Positions 1 through 13,736 are shown, numbered from the whole stretch's first letter. The stretch: DNA of 63,678 bases, filler included, from Octopus bimaculoides (GCF_001194135.2; 5 parts of 5 records of this genome joined end to end with filler, not necessarily neighbours in it), one strand, 5' to 3'. Made by a program: numbers and translations. The notes: generated from the letters alone by a model not told the origin.

Positions 1-1829
1 AGAAATGAAGAAAGGTTAGCCCAGAGTTGAGAACAATGAAAAAAAGTCATGATGGCCCATTCTCTACTGCAAGCAAAAGGCTTAAGCATGGGGCCAGGAA
101 CAGGGAGTGCAGGAGGTGCAAAATTTGTGGTGTGAAAAATCAAAATTTGCACCCTTGCTTATTTTTCTCAGGTTTAGAAAACAGTATATAAAAAGTGATT
201 TGTAAAAAGTAGCTTGAAGCTAGGTTTCTTCTCAAAGAACAAAGGATAGAAATAAATACAGAAAAAGCAATAACACCTTGTTTAAAAAAGATTTTGGACA
301 TGGGTTTGCATCCCCTAAGCAAATTTTGTTCCTGAGCAAGTGGGTTTAAGTAATATAAGTACTTTTAGATTAGTAGGATTAGCCTGGCAGTGGAAGATAT
401 GTGGGGCATCATCTGAAATGCCATTGTAATCTCATCATATGTTGGTGACTTATGGATACATTTGACTGCAATAGTCATTTAACATGCATTAAAAACTGGA
501 GCACAACTGTGCCAGTATGCACTTTGTTTTCCATGGTAGGCATACTTCTTCTTTATTGATCATGAGCTGGTTTGTTGGTAGTTAGCTGCCTAGTAATATT
601 CAAGCATGGCAACCTTGAATTGCATCCTTTACTACCAAATAGATTAGTAGTGAGGCGGCACACAGAAGCCAGTGCCACTTTGAAACAGTGAGATCTCGCC
701 TGCAACCATTGCCATGCACAAGACAAAAACAAGATCTCACCTGCAACCATTATTTAAGGAAAAGACAGCAACATTTTCCATCTCATTCTTCTCACGCTGA
801 CGCTGAGCAAGACTTTGAAGCCAGGATCTCACAGTAGACTTTTGTCCCACTGTGATACCATATGCATTGTCTCCAGAGGTTATTGAACCTCATGTGTATG
901 GGAGAGAAGGCTAACTACGCACTATTGTGAAGATGGTTACTGAAAGCAAACCCCTTGTATGAAGCACCTGTGAATAAACGGTTATTGAATTTACTCCGCC
1001 TGAGAACTTCATTCTTTATATTTCCAGCTCCTTGAATCAAAAGAATAATTATAATGGAAGAAGAAGATACCCCAAAAGTATCATAAAAACCTTCCTTCCA
1101 TTATAAAAAAATCATCTAAACAGATTGTCGGTGACAAAAAATATGAATAAGCCTCAAAGAAAATTTGTGTATGTAAAAATTAATAACAAACATAAAGTTA
1201 CAATTGGATACATGCAGCAACATCTCAATAATTAACAGAGATTAGAAAAAATAGTTATCCAAAAAGTGGAATATTCTGAATGGGCATAAGAAAAAAAAAC
1301 AATAAAATCTCAGAATGTGTGCTGATTTTTACACTGGAATTGAACCCTAAGCATATGAGATATTAAACCTCAGAGTGGAGTTCAATTCTCAAAAGGGGAG
1401 AAGATATGGGAGACTGCTTCTAAAAATAGATGTTGTGGAAAGATTCTGATCCCCCCCCCCTGTTACTAAAAATGGACTGAGACATTTCTATTAAATAGAC
1501 AACTGTCGGGTCATCAGGAGTCCGTGTTGGTAGCAGTTCACTGTGAGCCTTTGACATAGAGCGTTGAGTCTCGTGTAATAGTAATAGTAGTGCATCATGT
1601 ATGTACTTTCTTCCTCTCTGCTTCATTATATTATATATCCAATCCAAGGATACACAAATATTTAAATGCAAATATGTTCTGCATAACACAGGGTATACAA
1701 GCTAAATTTGATAGCTTGCATAAAAGGAAAAGAAAACACAATATCCCATCCAAAAATAAAAGTATTTGAAACAATAAAAAAATATTGACTAGATTATGGC
1801 TGGGAGATAACAGTTTACTCAAAGTAGCT

Positions 1830-2530
1830 GCCCTCAGCTTCCACCACAGCCTCAAAATGATTCCAGAACTTGGCACATGCATTCCTCATGGTATCCCTGG
1901 AAAGATCTCCTAGCACCTCCTCTAACACCATTAGCTCAAGCTTGATGTTGCCAACAGAGCAGTTGGTGTCTTTCTTGACATAGTTGTAATCCATGGGGTT
2001 ACAATTATGGGAATTAGGAGGTCAAATCTGGAACTGGCAAAGTTATAGAAATTCTCCAATAACCACTTTCTGACTCTATCTAGAGGTATGGCAAGGAGTC
2101 AAATCCTTCTGTTACCCATATGGCCTTCCAGCAGCAACCTTCTCCAGCCAGGATTTGACCACAGTCTCCAGCAGCTTCATATAGCCATCTAAATCGAACC
2201 AAATGCTCTGTTTAAAGATGTGGGGTGATGTGACATCACTTTCAATGGAGACACACTCAAAGCCCAACACAGTTTGGGGGAACTTGGTTTTCACAATGTC
2301 TATGCCATGTCTAACAGCTTTACAGTCTTCAAAGAGCATTGAGCAGCAGTCATGATGCTGCATTTTGATACCTAGCATGAATCCTCATGATACAGCTAAC
2401 ACTTTTCCAATATTCAGATGGCTTCCAGTCCTCCATGTCAACTAACTTTTTCTCAACCACAATTCTAATCTTTATGCTTTCCAACACCATTGATTGTTCA
2501 CCAATCCATCAAGCTGTTCCTGAAAAAAAA
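1830..2530 (-). mobile_element. Decayed Tc1/mariner maT-type (DD37D) transposase fragment
   Basis: Minus-strand reading gives KTKFPQTVLG...YMKLLETVVKSWLEKVAAGRPY, then PCHTS and *PPNSHNCNPMDY (degenerate WPP.SPD.NP.DY), with stops and frameshifts. Confidence 0.75.
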
Positions 2531-4862
2531 AAGACATTAAAAAATCATCAAATTAGCCCAAACATCATGTATAAGGTATGGGAATTTATATAAACATTAA
2601 TGTAGTCATTCTCACCTTCACACACAGCCTAACTAATATCATGTACTACTAACAACAAATTAAGGACAAAACCCACTAAAATAGTTTCATTTTGTTTGAC
2701 AAAATATTGATTTCTCCTGTTGGTACTAGAATGCATAATTCATATAGGAATATGTTGTAATCAGTAAAATCAACCTCATTTGTAACTGTTACACGTTTTA
2801 TCAATTTACTTCATAAAAGTTTTAAAAATAATCAGTGACAGTGATATTAAAATTCTGAATATAGAGTGAGAAAATTAGATAGTATCAGGATTTTAGTCAT
2901 GTATATTGAGAAATATTTCTGCAATAGCAATACATGACAAAAATCTTTGCAATATATTGTTTTCCCATTGATTAAAGCCAAAGAAAATGGGAAGCTGAAA
3001 CATTCATGCTATTTTCAAAACATTACAATAAGCGATGCAAGAAAGACTCAAAACTCAGTTTACTAAAAACTTACTACAATACTTGCAGCATTTCCCTATA
3101 ATACTATCTTACACCGGGACACTGGTACAAAGCAACAATTTTGTAGGCAATTTATATGTCCAATTGAATCAGCCTCAATACAAACCTGCTGTTTATTTGG
3201 GCCACACCACAAGTAGTTCAGACAAACAAACAACTGAGAACATGATTGGAAATGCTGATATTAGGTATTCAACTGTGTATCTAGTATCAAAAAGATTTTA
3301 ATGAGTATCCCAAGACTCCATGGCCCCGGTAACATGCTTATGTATGATTGACAGTGAGTGAACAGTCAATGGTCAATGCAATAATGAAGCCTAAATCTAT
3401 GAAGCAGAGTTGGTGTCATCCAACAACAACAGAGTAATACATGTACAGAAATATGTTAGGGCAATGATGACTCCTTTAAGGTCAGGCTGAATAATAATAG
3501 ATTTTCTTTTAAGATCCAAAAATGGTACAATAATACAATTTTAGCCAACTGCATATGGCAATTCAAAGAGCAGGTAATGCAGTACAAAATCAACTGGAAG
3601 TTGTTGGAACAACCTGGGTCATATCTGAAAGGAAGTAGATGTTGCACACTTCAATTGGCAGAAAGGAGAATCATCCTAAAAAAATTCATATGATCTTGGT
3701 GCTTTCCTGAACTAAAAAAATTAAATATTCAGATGTTGCTTTCACAAGTGGAAATTTGTTTTGGCAATGATCAGGTCTGTTTTTGGACTAGACTAGGGAA
3801 TAACATGTATGTACACCTTCCCACCCCTACACACATACACACAACTAACAGGTTTACATCAATCCATGAGAAATAATGAGAGATTGCGGTCAATAAAAGC
3901 ATATATATATATAGGTAGATACGTAGGTAAGTAGGTAGGTAGGTAGGTAGGTAGGTAGGTAGATAAAGATAAATATGGACAGTCTTTGGGGTTACGCAGG
4001 GTTTCACGTCCATAAAGTGCTTCGCTTTACAGTGTATCATCAGATCCTAAACCTGTGGGCCTATGGCCGCTCTAGAACTGGAGGCGGAAAAGACCTTGTT
4101 ATTATGTCAACTACAAGGGATTGTCTCCCTTTGATTGCTATCCATAATTGATCTTGTTAGCTTGTGGGTCCCAGGACGTCAGCAGGAATTTCTTGAAGTG
4201 CAAGCAGGGTCCCAAAACTTCCACCCTGGAGTTAAGGATGTTCCTCAGGTTGAGGAAGTCCTATAATATCCTCAACCATTCAGCTATGTACAGCTTACAA
4301 CACTTGGTCTCATTGATGTAGGGGCCAGGATTTTCTAGGATGCTCATGCAGGGACTACAACAGATGCCCAGTGGGAGGCCATTGCGAAACCAAGGGGATC
4401 GTCTATGAACCTGAGGTGGTAGCCAACCCTAGTAGCAACAACAGCAGCTTTCCCAACGACTACTTCCGTAGCAGGAATGGCAGTACCAATAGCAATGGCA
4501 GCAACCAGAACAGAAATAGCAGCAGCACCATCGCCAATGGTAAGAACAGCACTGTTGGTGGTTGCTATAGCCATTTGAGGACATGACAAGAAAAATCTTG
4601 TCTTATTTGAGCACCTCTCTAGTACTGATGCTACAGAAAAATCAACACATTCCACTCTGTACAGTAGTTAGTGATAGGAAAGCATCCAACGATTGAAACC
4701 ATACCAAACTTAATAATGTGCAAGTGAGATGTGGAACCCAACCATGTCCAGGAGGACAACTAACTTCAAGCAAGAGCCAACTTGGAGAGCGAACACTTAT
4801 CGAACCTGAGCCATAAAATGGACATAGAGTGGACATAAAATGAAGACAATTATGATGGTACA

Positions 4863-4863
4863 T

Positions 4864-4926
<63 letters not shown>

Positions 4927-4966
4927 NNNNNNNNNNNNNNNNNNNNNNNNNNNNNNNNNNNNNNNN

Positions 4967-5044
<78 letters not shown>
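4863..5044. repeat. (CA)n / gap / (TG)n microsatellite
   Basis: Directly visible. Confidence 0.95.
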
Positions 5045-5046
<2 letters not shown>

Positions 5047-5895
5047 CACATGTTTATGTCTATCTACTAGTAGTATGTCTGCAGACATGTTTGTGCGAGT
5101 GTGTGTGCACTTCACCAACAAGATCCAATGATGTAATGATATTCAACACCAGAAACTTTACAACTGTGAAACTTATTGCACTTGATCATAGATCAATTCA
5201 CTCTCTTACTCTGAAGATAATACCTCCCAAGTAAAAATCATATCAGTATCAGACAAAATATTTTATCCTGAGTTTTGAATGTCACTCAGGTCACATTTGC
5301 TTTTCATTCATCCACACAAGAAGTACCAGATAGAAATATAATTGCATAAATCCTTGAATGCAATACCCAGATATGATTACAGACTAACAAACAAAACTAT
5401 CGTGCAAATGAGAGAGAAATCTACTTCCTAGACAGAATGCTAGTGTATCAGAGATTACACTGGAAAACACATATTTTATAGAATGATATCTGGTACTTGA
5501 TTTTAAGTAATTTGGGTGCACTGAACACAAATTTTACCTTGGTTTGGCTCCATCAGGTCCTGATTCTTGTCAATATGTGTTCAAATGTATTTCCAAGTTT
5601 CATATATACAAACAGTTCAAACTACTGTGAAATTACATTATTACAATAGAAATTACTTTAAAATAAAAAAAAAAAAGGAGAGATAAAGCTTTCACCCTGG
5701 CAAAAATTTTCTTTTATAAGACTTTCTAGCATATTTGCTTGTTGTTGGCAGGTCTCTTTTCAAGCATCAACTGTAATCAGCCATCAAGTGAGCATCTTTG
5801 GTGCCATTCCTCCATAATTTTGATATCATGGTGGAATTTCTCCCCTTGTTCGTTACTTACAGCATCTAAATTACTAGGAAATTGGTCAAGATCGC

Positions 5896-6057
5896 TATTT
5901 ACATTTGACGGATATTACATTATTTACATTTGACGGATATTTGTCCTCATCTAGTTTGTTGTTAACACGTTTCGGCTGATATACCCTCCAGCCTTCATCA
6001 GATGTATTGAGGAAATTTCAAACCTGCGCTCTCATTCCTGAATTATTTTTCGATGTT

Positions 6058-6112
<55 letters not shown>

Positions 6113-6191
6113 CCATCATCATGCATGTAGCATAGTGGTTAAGACCGCGGGCTACTAGTCCCAAGATTTCGAGTTCGATTCCAGGCAGTGA

Positions 6192-6233
<42 letters not shown>

Positions 6234-6314
6234 CATCGAAAAATATCTTAGGAATGAGAACCCAGGTTCGAAATTTCCCCAATACACCTGATGAAGGCTG
6301 GAGGCTATATCAGC
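5896..6314. mobile_element. Inverted pair of hammerhead-bearing PLE-related short repeats inserted in the Chapaev3-like element
   Basis: Minus copy 5896-6058 (tail, hammerhead, no tRNA head), then (ATC)n, then plus copy 6123-6314 (tRNA-like head, (AAT)n, hammerhead truncated in stem II). Confidence 0.8.
5963..6007 (-). ncRNA. Minimal type I hammerhead ribozyme motif, cleavage site damaged
   Basis: Minus strand: CUGAUGA-A-GGCUG[GAGGGUAUAU]CAGCC-GAAA-CGUGUU. Core and stem II are perfect, but 3 nt are missing at the cleavage site relative to other copies. Confidence 0.75.
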
Positions 6315-8159
6315 AGAGGGAAAAATATGATTTTATCTCTGGTCACTAAAGGTGGATTAAGTTTTTTTTTCTCCAACAGTAAGTGATGTTCGTGCTGGCC
6401 AGATTTTTTTTGAAATAATGTTCTTCTTTGGCTCTGTTGTCCCAAAAGCAAATGAAGCAGGAATATTTAGTATACCCTGCTTGTTGTCCTCGCAGAAAAT
6501 TAACCATTTTTAAGTCAACACATATTGATCCACTCATGCTTCCTATATTTGATAAGATTTAAAACCTTTCCTATATGTTCATACTTTTCTTTTAATTTTG
6601 CTGAGTGACCAATCAATATCAAGCGTACGCTACATACCCAAATTATCTAGAACTAACAGTCAAATCTAATTCAATAAACAAAAAATTGAAATTTGTTCTC
6701 CAGTGTTATTTTCACATAGCTAGGTAAACTGAAATAAAATGTGTGTGTTTTGGTAGAATCCAACAAAATACTTGCAGTGAATTAGAACTCACAATCCTTT
6801 ATCCAGCAATTACATTATATTAGCCAACACTAACGTATTCACCTGTACAATCACTCTAAACTAGGCCACTGCATTTTATCTGCTGCGAGATAAATTCCTT
6901 GGTAAGTCTTATTCTGTTCTTTATCAATTATTTATATCACATCCTGATTAGCACAAAGTCAGTTTGTCTCAGTTTCTTGTAACTGATAAGCAAAACTGGT
7001 TTTCTAAAGTTCATATGTACCTCTATCTATTTATCCATTTATCTATTTACCAATGAATAAAAGAAATGATATACTAAAAAATGCAATTTCACTCATGAGT
7101 GTAACTTGGTAGGATATACCATGCTTTAATTATTGTAAATACCTATCTAACCAAAAGTAGATATATATACCTTCTCAGAACAATAATGCTTCACCAAGCA
7201 AAACATACAGAAAGTGATAGCTGAAGGGAGAAAGGTGGCTGTACCAGCCTTTATTGGTACCCATTTCAGGTGAGTAGACTGGAATATTGAAGTAGTTAGG
7301 TGGCTTTTCACAATTCCTGTGAATGTACATATTATATACGTCTTTTGTTTTGGTTTCTATAACTAGAAACCTTTCCTATCGCTGCCCACATTCCAGAGTG
7401 TACTGTGTATGTTTTATCAGGGCACCAACACTAGAGAGGTTAATAAAGGGACTTTATTCAACCTCTTCAAACCCCTTTACATTCTCTGCTCAGTTTGTCA
7501 ACCACTTTACAGTGTATCATTCATGATTCCAGCACTTGAGAGATTGTCTCACTCACCTGTCCCTTTGAGGACGTGTGAGTTGTTAATAGGTACCTGTGCA
7601 GGAGGAGAGGTTTCTTGTGCACAGGACAATATAGAGAGGATTCAGAGCTCAGACATACACCAGAGAAGGAGTAATGCCAGTGTCAAGGCTGGAAGTAGCT
7701 ATAGAGGAGCAAGTAAGTGCAAGGAATACACAATAACCTAAGGCATGTACATTTGCTCAAATGACCAAGGAGAGGATTAGAAGAGAGAGTGATGACATCA
7801 GAAGAGCCTAGATGGCTAAATGGAAGGAAAAAAAGGAGCAGTAGTAGGATGCCAGAGAGAAGGAATTATAAAGGTATGAGGACGACCCTATGAGGTCTCT
7901 TATACATTGACCTAGTGAAAGGATTAGAGTGGACCAAGGCAGTCTTTGATACATAGGTTTTGTGAAGCAGGGAGGAAGAAGAAAGGAGTAAAAAATATGA
8001 ATGCCAATGTAGTCACTTATACATAGATGTAGTCAAGGAACAAAGGTGAATCAATGGGAGTCAAAGGGTTCAAAGAGCATAAGGGGGCTAGTATAAGGTA
8101 CATTTTATGCCCAGCAGAGTACAAAATAGCTCAACCTCTAAACACTACTCTCATATTAG

Positions 8160-10610
8160 GATACATGTCACCATAGGTGGTTGGATACTCTGCAGCACCA
8201 CATGTAACCATTAGTACAGTCCTTTGTCATCTCTTCCATGTGATACAGCATCATCAGGTCAGCCCTTGACACTTTTTCCCCATAACTTCTTTGTTCACCT
8301 TCTACAGGTTCTGTTGACAATAAATTCTTAGCACTTTTTTAAGTGACAGTCATTCTCCATATACACCGCATGTCCATACCAGTGTAGCCTTCTCTCCAGC
8401 TCATTACCCCAGATTCTTCTTATACCATATTTACTCTCAGATCATTTGAACTCTAGTATTCATACATACTAACATTACACATTCATCAGATCATGCTTGC
8501 TTCATTTCTTTCAAGTCTTTGCAAGTCTTCTGCATTCAATACCCATGTCTCACACAAGCATCTCATTGCAGTTTCACACAAGTCTCATACAATCTGCTTA
8601 AGGGAGAAATGTTTCATTGCCAACAGAGGTAATAGCTTCTTGAACTTTTTCCAACTCATTCTTATCCTGGCTGCTATACTTTCTAAACAATCTACCACCT
8701 TTTCTAGTTTGAAACAGAATCAAGTGAACCAACAGGACATTAAAGAGAGTTTGTTTACAGTGTGCTGTTAGGTTATATTTCTCCACTCCATTTGTCACAT
8801 ACAAAGCTGGTTTCACTGTTAGCCTGTCTGTCATTTCACTAAATCTGTCATGTGTCCATAGCTCACATTGGGTGCAGCATATTGAGTTTATACCTACTCT
8901 TTTTCTGCATATCAAGAAAAGGCATTTCTCTGACAATACAAATATCTTGTTTTCTTTCCTATTTACTAAAACCATGTGGAGGCACAATGGCTCAGTGGTT
9001 AGAGCAGCGGACTCGCAGTCGTAGGATCACAGTTTCGATTCCCAGACCGGGCGTTGTGAGTATTTATTGAGCAAAAACACCTAAAGCTCCACGAGGCTCT
9101 GGCAGGGGATGGTGGCGAACCCTGCTGTACTCTTTCACCACAACTTTCTCTCACTCTTTCTTCCTGTTTCTGTTGTGCCTGTAATTCAAAGGGCCAGCCT
9201 TGTCACATTGTGTCACCCTGAATATCCCCAAGAATTACGTTAAGGGTACACGTGTCTGTGGAGTGCTCAGCCACTTGCACGTTAATTTCACGAGCAGGCT
9301 ATTCCGTTGATCGGATCGACTGGAACCCTCGACGTTGTAAGCGACGGAGTGCCAATAACTAAAACCATAGTGTTTGTTAAGTTTACTTTGTGACCTTTGT
9401 GTTCTGGGTTTTACTTCCATGCCTGGAATATCATATCTAATTCTTCTATAGATTTAACTATAAGAATTAGGTCATCAGCATATATGGATTTGTATGGGTC
9501 ACCAGTCTTGAATTCCTCTGTGATGGCCTCTGAGGTTGTGATGAACTGGAGAGGGTTGAGTTCCAAGCCTCGGTGGGCCCCCTACCATCATGCCAAATTT
9601 GTCACTGAACTCGTTGTTGACACTCACTTTACTTACTGCCTTTTAGTTCATAGCATGTATAGTCCTCAAAAACATTTTACCTATATCTAGTTTCCTTAGG
9701 GTTCACAAGATAACAGAGCATGTCACCTTGTCAAAAGGCTTCTCAAAGTAAACAAAGACCTTGTATAGTGATGGTTCAGTTGTTTACTATTAGTTAAGTT
9801 TCTCCTGCTGTTGTCTCACCAGGAAGATTACATCTATGGTATCTCTTCCTAGCATAAAACCAAGCTACACATCATCAAGGCTAACTCTATTTCTGATCAA
9901 TGACACTTTCTTTGACCTCATTCAGTAATTTGATAACTCCATAACTCCAGTCTGGTACATCTCTTTTAACTTTGTAACAGTTTAAAATGATACTACTATA
10001 CTAATAATCGGTTGTGACAACTTACTACATTATTTGGTTACTTACTATGGTCACTATCATGTATCCTGACTTGTCAGCTATTTTGAGCATCTCAGTGACC
10101 ATCCCAGATAAGCCAGCAACTTTCCTTACCTTCATAACCTTAATTGTTTTATCTAATACACTGCTGTCAATTTAAATTGTTGATCCTTCAGTCAGGTCAA
10201 CAAACAGCAGCTCTCCTTCATCCCACACATTCTCCTTATTCAACAACCTCTCGTATTAGCACTTCTATACTCCTTTCTTGTCAATATTAGTAATAGTAAA
10301 TCTGCCTTCATCATTTTAAATACATTTCTCCCTGATGACATTTTGGGAGATGATGACTGCTTTGCAATCCTGAACACCTCTGATTCCGAAATCACTAGCC
10401 ACTAATTTATGCTGAATAGTGCATTCTCCATCAGGAGAAGCTTTGGTATTTACAATTGTCTGCTTATCGCTTTTCTTGGTGAGGATGAAATCTATCTGAC
10501 CAGTGTGCTCAGTCGATTGGTAGGAGATGAGTTGACTGACTGGTGGTTTCTTGACGTGTATGTTGCAAATTGTAAGATTAGTTGCATTACAGAACTCCAA
10601 GATCCTTAAA
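8160..10610 (-). mobile_element. Decayed RTE-type non-LTR retrotransposon (APE endonuclease + RT + C-terminal Cys-rich region)
   Basis: APE-like EFCNATNLTICN...QIDFIL...QHKLVASDF (10316-10600), RT YADDL near 9465-9485, and ICRKRVGINSICCTQCELWTH. The frame continues across the SINE inserted at 8976-9357. Confidence 0.85.
8976..9357 (+). mobile_element. tRNA-derived SINE (family A) with 11-bp TSD; other copies at 43594-43919 (-) and 51275-51657 (-)
   Basis: A box TGGCTCAGTGG and B box GTTTCGATTCC. TSD ACTAAAACCAT at 8965-8975 and 9358-9368. The other copies have TSDs GAATACATG (43585/43920) and TACAAAAG (51264/51658). Confidence 0.9.
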
Positions 10611-11079
10611 TCTTCCCATTCATTGTACCATAACCATAACCTCTATGGACATCATGGAAGCTGTCATAATGTTAACCAGCATGTCCACTGAAGCTGCCAG
10701 CCAGGATGAAGAAGTCACTGCCAAACATCATCATCATCATCGTTATCATCATCATCATCATAATCATCATCATCATATTCATCATCATCATATTCATCAT
10801 CATCATATTCATCATCATCATATTCTTCATCATTATGTTCATTTTTCTATGCTTGCATGAATCAGACAGAATTCAGTGAGGCAGAATATGTACATATATA
10901 TATACACACATATATAGATATATGGACACACAAATACGCACGAGTGCCTGTGTGCACACACACACACACACTACTCAACTTGAGGCTTGAGTTTCATACC
11001 ACTGCAATGTGAAACTCTTGTTATGAAATAACTATTGAGTTTAAATAATCCGCACATTCTATTCATATATATGTGTATG

Positions 11080-11113
<34 letters not shown>

Positions 11114-11114
<1 letters not shown>

Positions 11115-12471
11115 TAGCAGAAATACCCGGCTTTGCCCGGGTTAAAGAGAATAATGAAATCTAAAAACGCTGTCTAGACTACGCAACCCTCAACTGTTAG
11201 TAGCTACGATACCATATTTCTACATTAATAACTCTCCAATCCATGCCAGCATGGAACATAGACATTAAGTGGAATGCCAGTCTCTCATCTAGGAGGGCCT
11301 TGAAATCAATGTTACCAACTGGGGACTATGTGTGTCGCAGTGATAATAAAAAGACCCAAAGGAGGTCTGCAACGAAATATTTTTACNNNNNNNNNNNNNN
11401 NNNNNNNNNNNNNNNNNNNNNNNNNNNNNNNNNNNNNNNNNNNNNNNNNNNNNNNNNNNNNNNNNNNNNNNNNNNNNNNNNNNNNNNNNNNNNNNNNNNN
11501 NNNNNNNNNNNNNNNNNNNNNNNNNNNNNNNNNNNNNNNNNNNNNNNNNNNNNNNNNNNNNNNNNNNNNNNNNNNNNNNNNNNNNNNNNNNNNNNNNNNN
11601 NNNNNNNNNNNNNNNNNNNNNNNNNNNNNNNNNNNNNNNNNNNNNNNNNNNNNNNNNNNNNNNNNNNNNNNNNNNNNNNNNNNNNNNNNNNNNNNNNNNN
11701 NNNNNNNNNNNNNNNNNNNNNNNNNNNNNNNNNNNNNNNNNNNNNNNNNNNNNNNNNNNNNNNNNNNNNNNNNNNNNNNNNNNNNNNNNNNNNNNNNNNN
11801 NNNNNNNNNNNNNNNNNNNNNNNNNNNNNNNNNNNNNNNNNNNNNNNNNNNNNNNNNNNNNNNNNNNNNNNNNNNNNNNNNNNNNNNNNNNNNNNNNNNN
11901 NNNNNNNNNNNNNNNNNNNNNNNNNNNNNNNNNNNNNNNNNNNNNNNNNNNNNNNNNNNNNNNNNNNNNNNNNNNNNNNNNNNNNNNNNNNNNNNNNNNN
12001 NNNNNNNNNNNNNNNNNNNNNNNNNNNNNNNNNNNNNNNNNNNNNNNNNNNNNNNNNNNNNNNNNNNNNNNNNNNNNNNNNNNNNNNNNNNNNNNNNNNN
12101 NNNNNNNNNNNNNNNNNNNNCATCTCTTTCTCTCTCTCTGAAAGTATCTGTCATTACAGTATCGAAATGTGATTGTTTCAGTTAGTAGAATAGTTTCATT
12201 TTTAAAGTGAAAGTATTTGACAGGAGTGTTTTTGTTTCACTTTTGACAGGTAATACTTAAATAGTGGAGGAGATATTATGTTGCCGTGGGCTCGAACTCT
12301 GCAAGAAGTTAAAAAAATTTTTTGACTAAAACACAACTGGAACCCTAAGTAAGGCATGTGTAAAATTTGAATGAAATTGGTTGCGTAGTTCTCGAGTTTT
12401 AGGGATTCACACAGACAGACAGGCAGACAGACAGACAGACAGACACACATTCTCATTTTTATATATATAGA
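11114..12471 (-). mobile_element. Non-autonomous Helitron (Lep1-like), interior in N gap
   Basis: On the minus strand it starts TC, has a (TGTC)n tract near the 5' end, a subterminal hairpin ACCCGG/CCGGGT (11125-11142), ends CTAG, and sits between A and T. Confidence 0.75.
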
Positions 12472-13342
12472 TGTCTATATACACACCTCCATGTGTGGTG
12501 TGTGTGTGTATATATATATATACATATATATATATATGTATATACAAAGTAAAGTTGTAAGATACCTTACAAGTGGAAATATATATGAAAGAAGGTTTGA
12601 AAATGCAATAATAAAGATATTTATTCACTTGACCAGTTTCACTTTTTCAGAAAAAGATTGTCAAAAGTAAAATGTAAAGCTTTGTATAAGCTTTGTTGTG
12701 TTAAGTACTGGTTGTCACAAAAGTATTAAGATGCATATATGCATTCTTTGATAATAATAAGAAAATGTTAAAAACAGTTTACAAGAGAGTATTCAACAAA
12801 AAGTATTAGGAGTTCAATAAAAATCATGTTTGTTTAGTAATATATATATACACAGAAGGAGATATATTTAAGAATTTACAAAAAATTGGAGAGGAACCCA
12901 CCTGTCTTTTTAACATGTTTTTTCTCTTGTGTGTAGCTAGAGAATGTTTGCTATTTTAAGGGACAGTGTGGGAGGCTGGTTGGGGTGGGGGGAAGGAAGA
13001 GCAATGTAGAATTAAAAGGATCTTTTTGTTTCTGGGCTAGTCTGTCATGGTTCAGTGGTTTTTTGGGACTGGTCTTAGAGGTCCAGAATGGTGTGAGTGT
13101 GTGTGTCTCTGTGCACATCTCTATGCCTGTGTGTATATACATGTGTTTGTGTTTGTGTGTGTGGGCTATTTTTGATTGGTTCCAGAGTTTATTGTAGCAT
13201 GTGTATATGGGTCTGTGTGTTTTATATTTGGTAGGATGGTGTGTGTATATGTGTGCACATTTGTGTGTGTGTGTATGTGTGCGTCTGTGGGGCGTGTATA
13301 TGTATGTTTGTGTATATATATGTGTATGTACATGTGTACATG

Positions 13343-13380
<38 letters not shown>

Positions 13381-13381
<1 letters not shown>

Positions 13382-13736
13382 CATCATCATCATCATCGTT
13401 TTACATCCACTTTCCATGCTGGCATGAGTTAGACGGTTTGACTGAGGACTGGTGAGCCAGAGGCTGCACCAGGCTCAATTTGATCTGGCAAAGTTTCTAC
13501 AGCTGAATGCCCTTCCTAACATCAACCACTCCAAGAGTGTAGTGGGTACTTTTACATGCCGCCAGCACAAGGGCCAGTCAGGCGGTACTGGCAACGACCA
13601 CGCTCAAAAGGTGTTTTTACATGCTACCTGCATGGGAGCCAGTCAGGTGGCACTGGCAACGACCACTCTTGAATGTTGTTTTTCACATGCCACCAGCATG
13701 TGTGCCAGTAAAGTGACGCTGGCAACGATCATGCTC
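13381..13736 (-). mobile_element. SINE-like repeat (family B) with GGAAGGGCATCC core and (GAT)n tail; related copies near 18205, 18760, 24375, 25215, 25645 and 28930
   Basis: Repeated segment ...GTTAGGAAGGGCATYCAGCTGTAGAAAC...CATGCCAGCATGGAAAG...(GAT)n. The core resembles the V-SINE domain as recalled. Confidence 0.7.

Larger units (their letters stand above)
5458..6705 (-). mobile_element. Internally deleted Chapaev3-like (CMC) DNA transposon with TIRs
   Basis: TIRs CACTGGAAAACACAT (5458-5472) and ATTTGTTCTCCAGTG (6691-6705), 13/15 match. TTA on both flanks. Transposase pieces ICVDLKMVNFLRGQQAGYTKYSCFICFWDNR and SDLDQFPSNLDAVSNEQGEKFHHDIK. Family name is from recall of these motifs. Confidence 0.7.

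Noticed and set aside
650-1040. Possible solo LTR (21-nt internal repeat, AATAAA, TATA-like run)
   Set aside because: No second copy, TSD or clear TG...CA ends could be defined.
4205-4255. Minus-strand CUGAGGA with a 5-bp stem II, hammerhead-like
   Set aside because: Followed by GAAG rather than GAAA, with no stem I or valid cleavage site.
4863-5044. (CA)n facing (TG)n as a possible large hairpin
   Set aside because: The junction is a gap, so orientation and spacing are not established.
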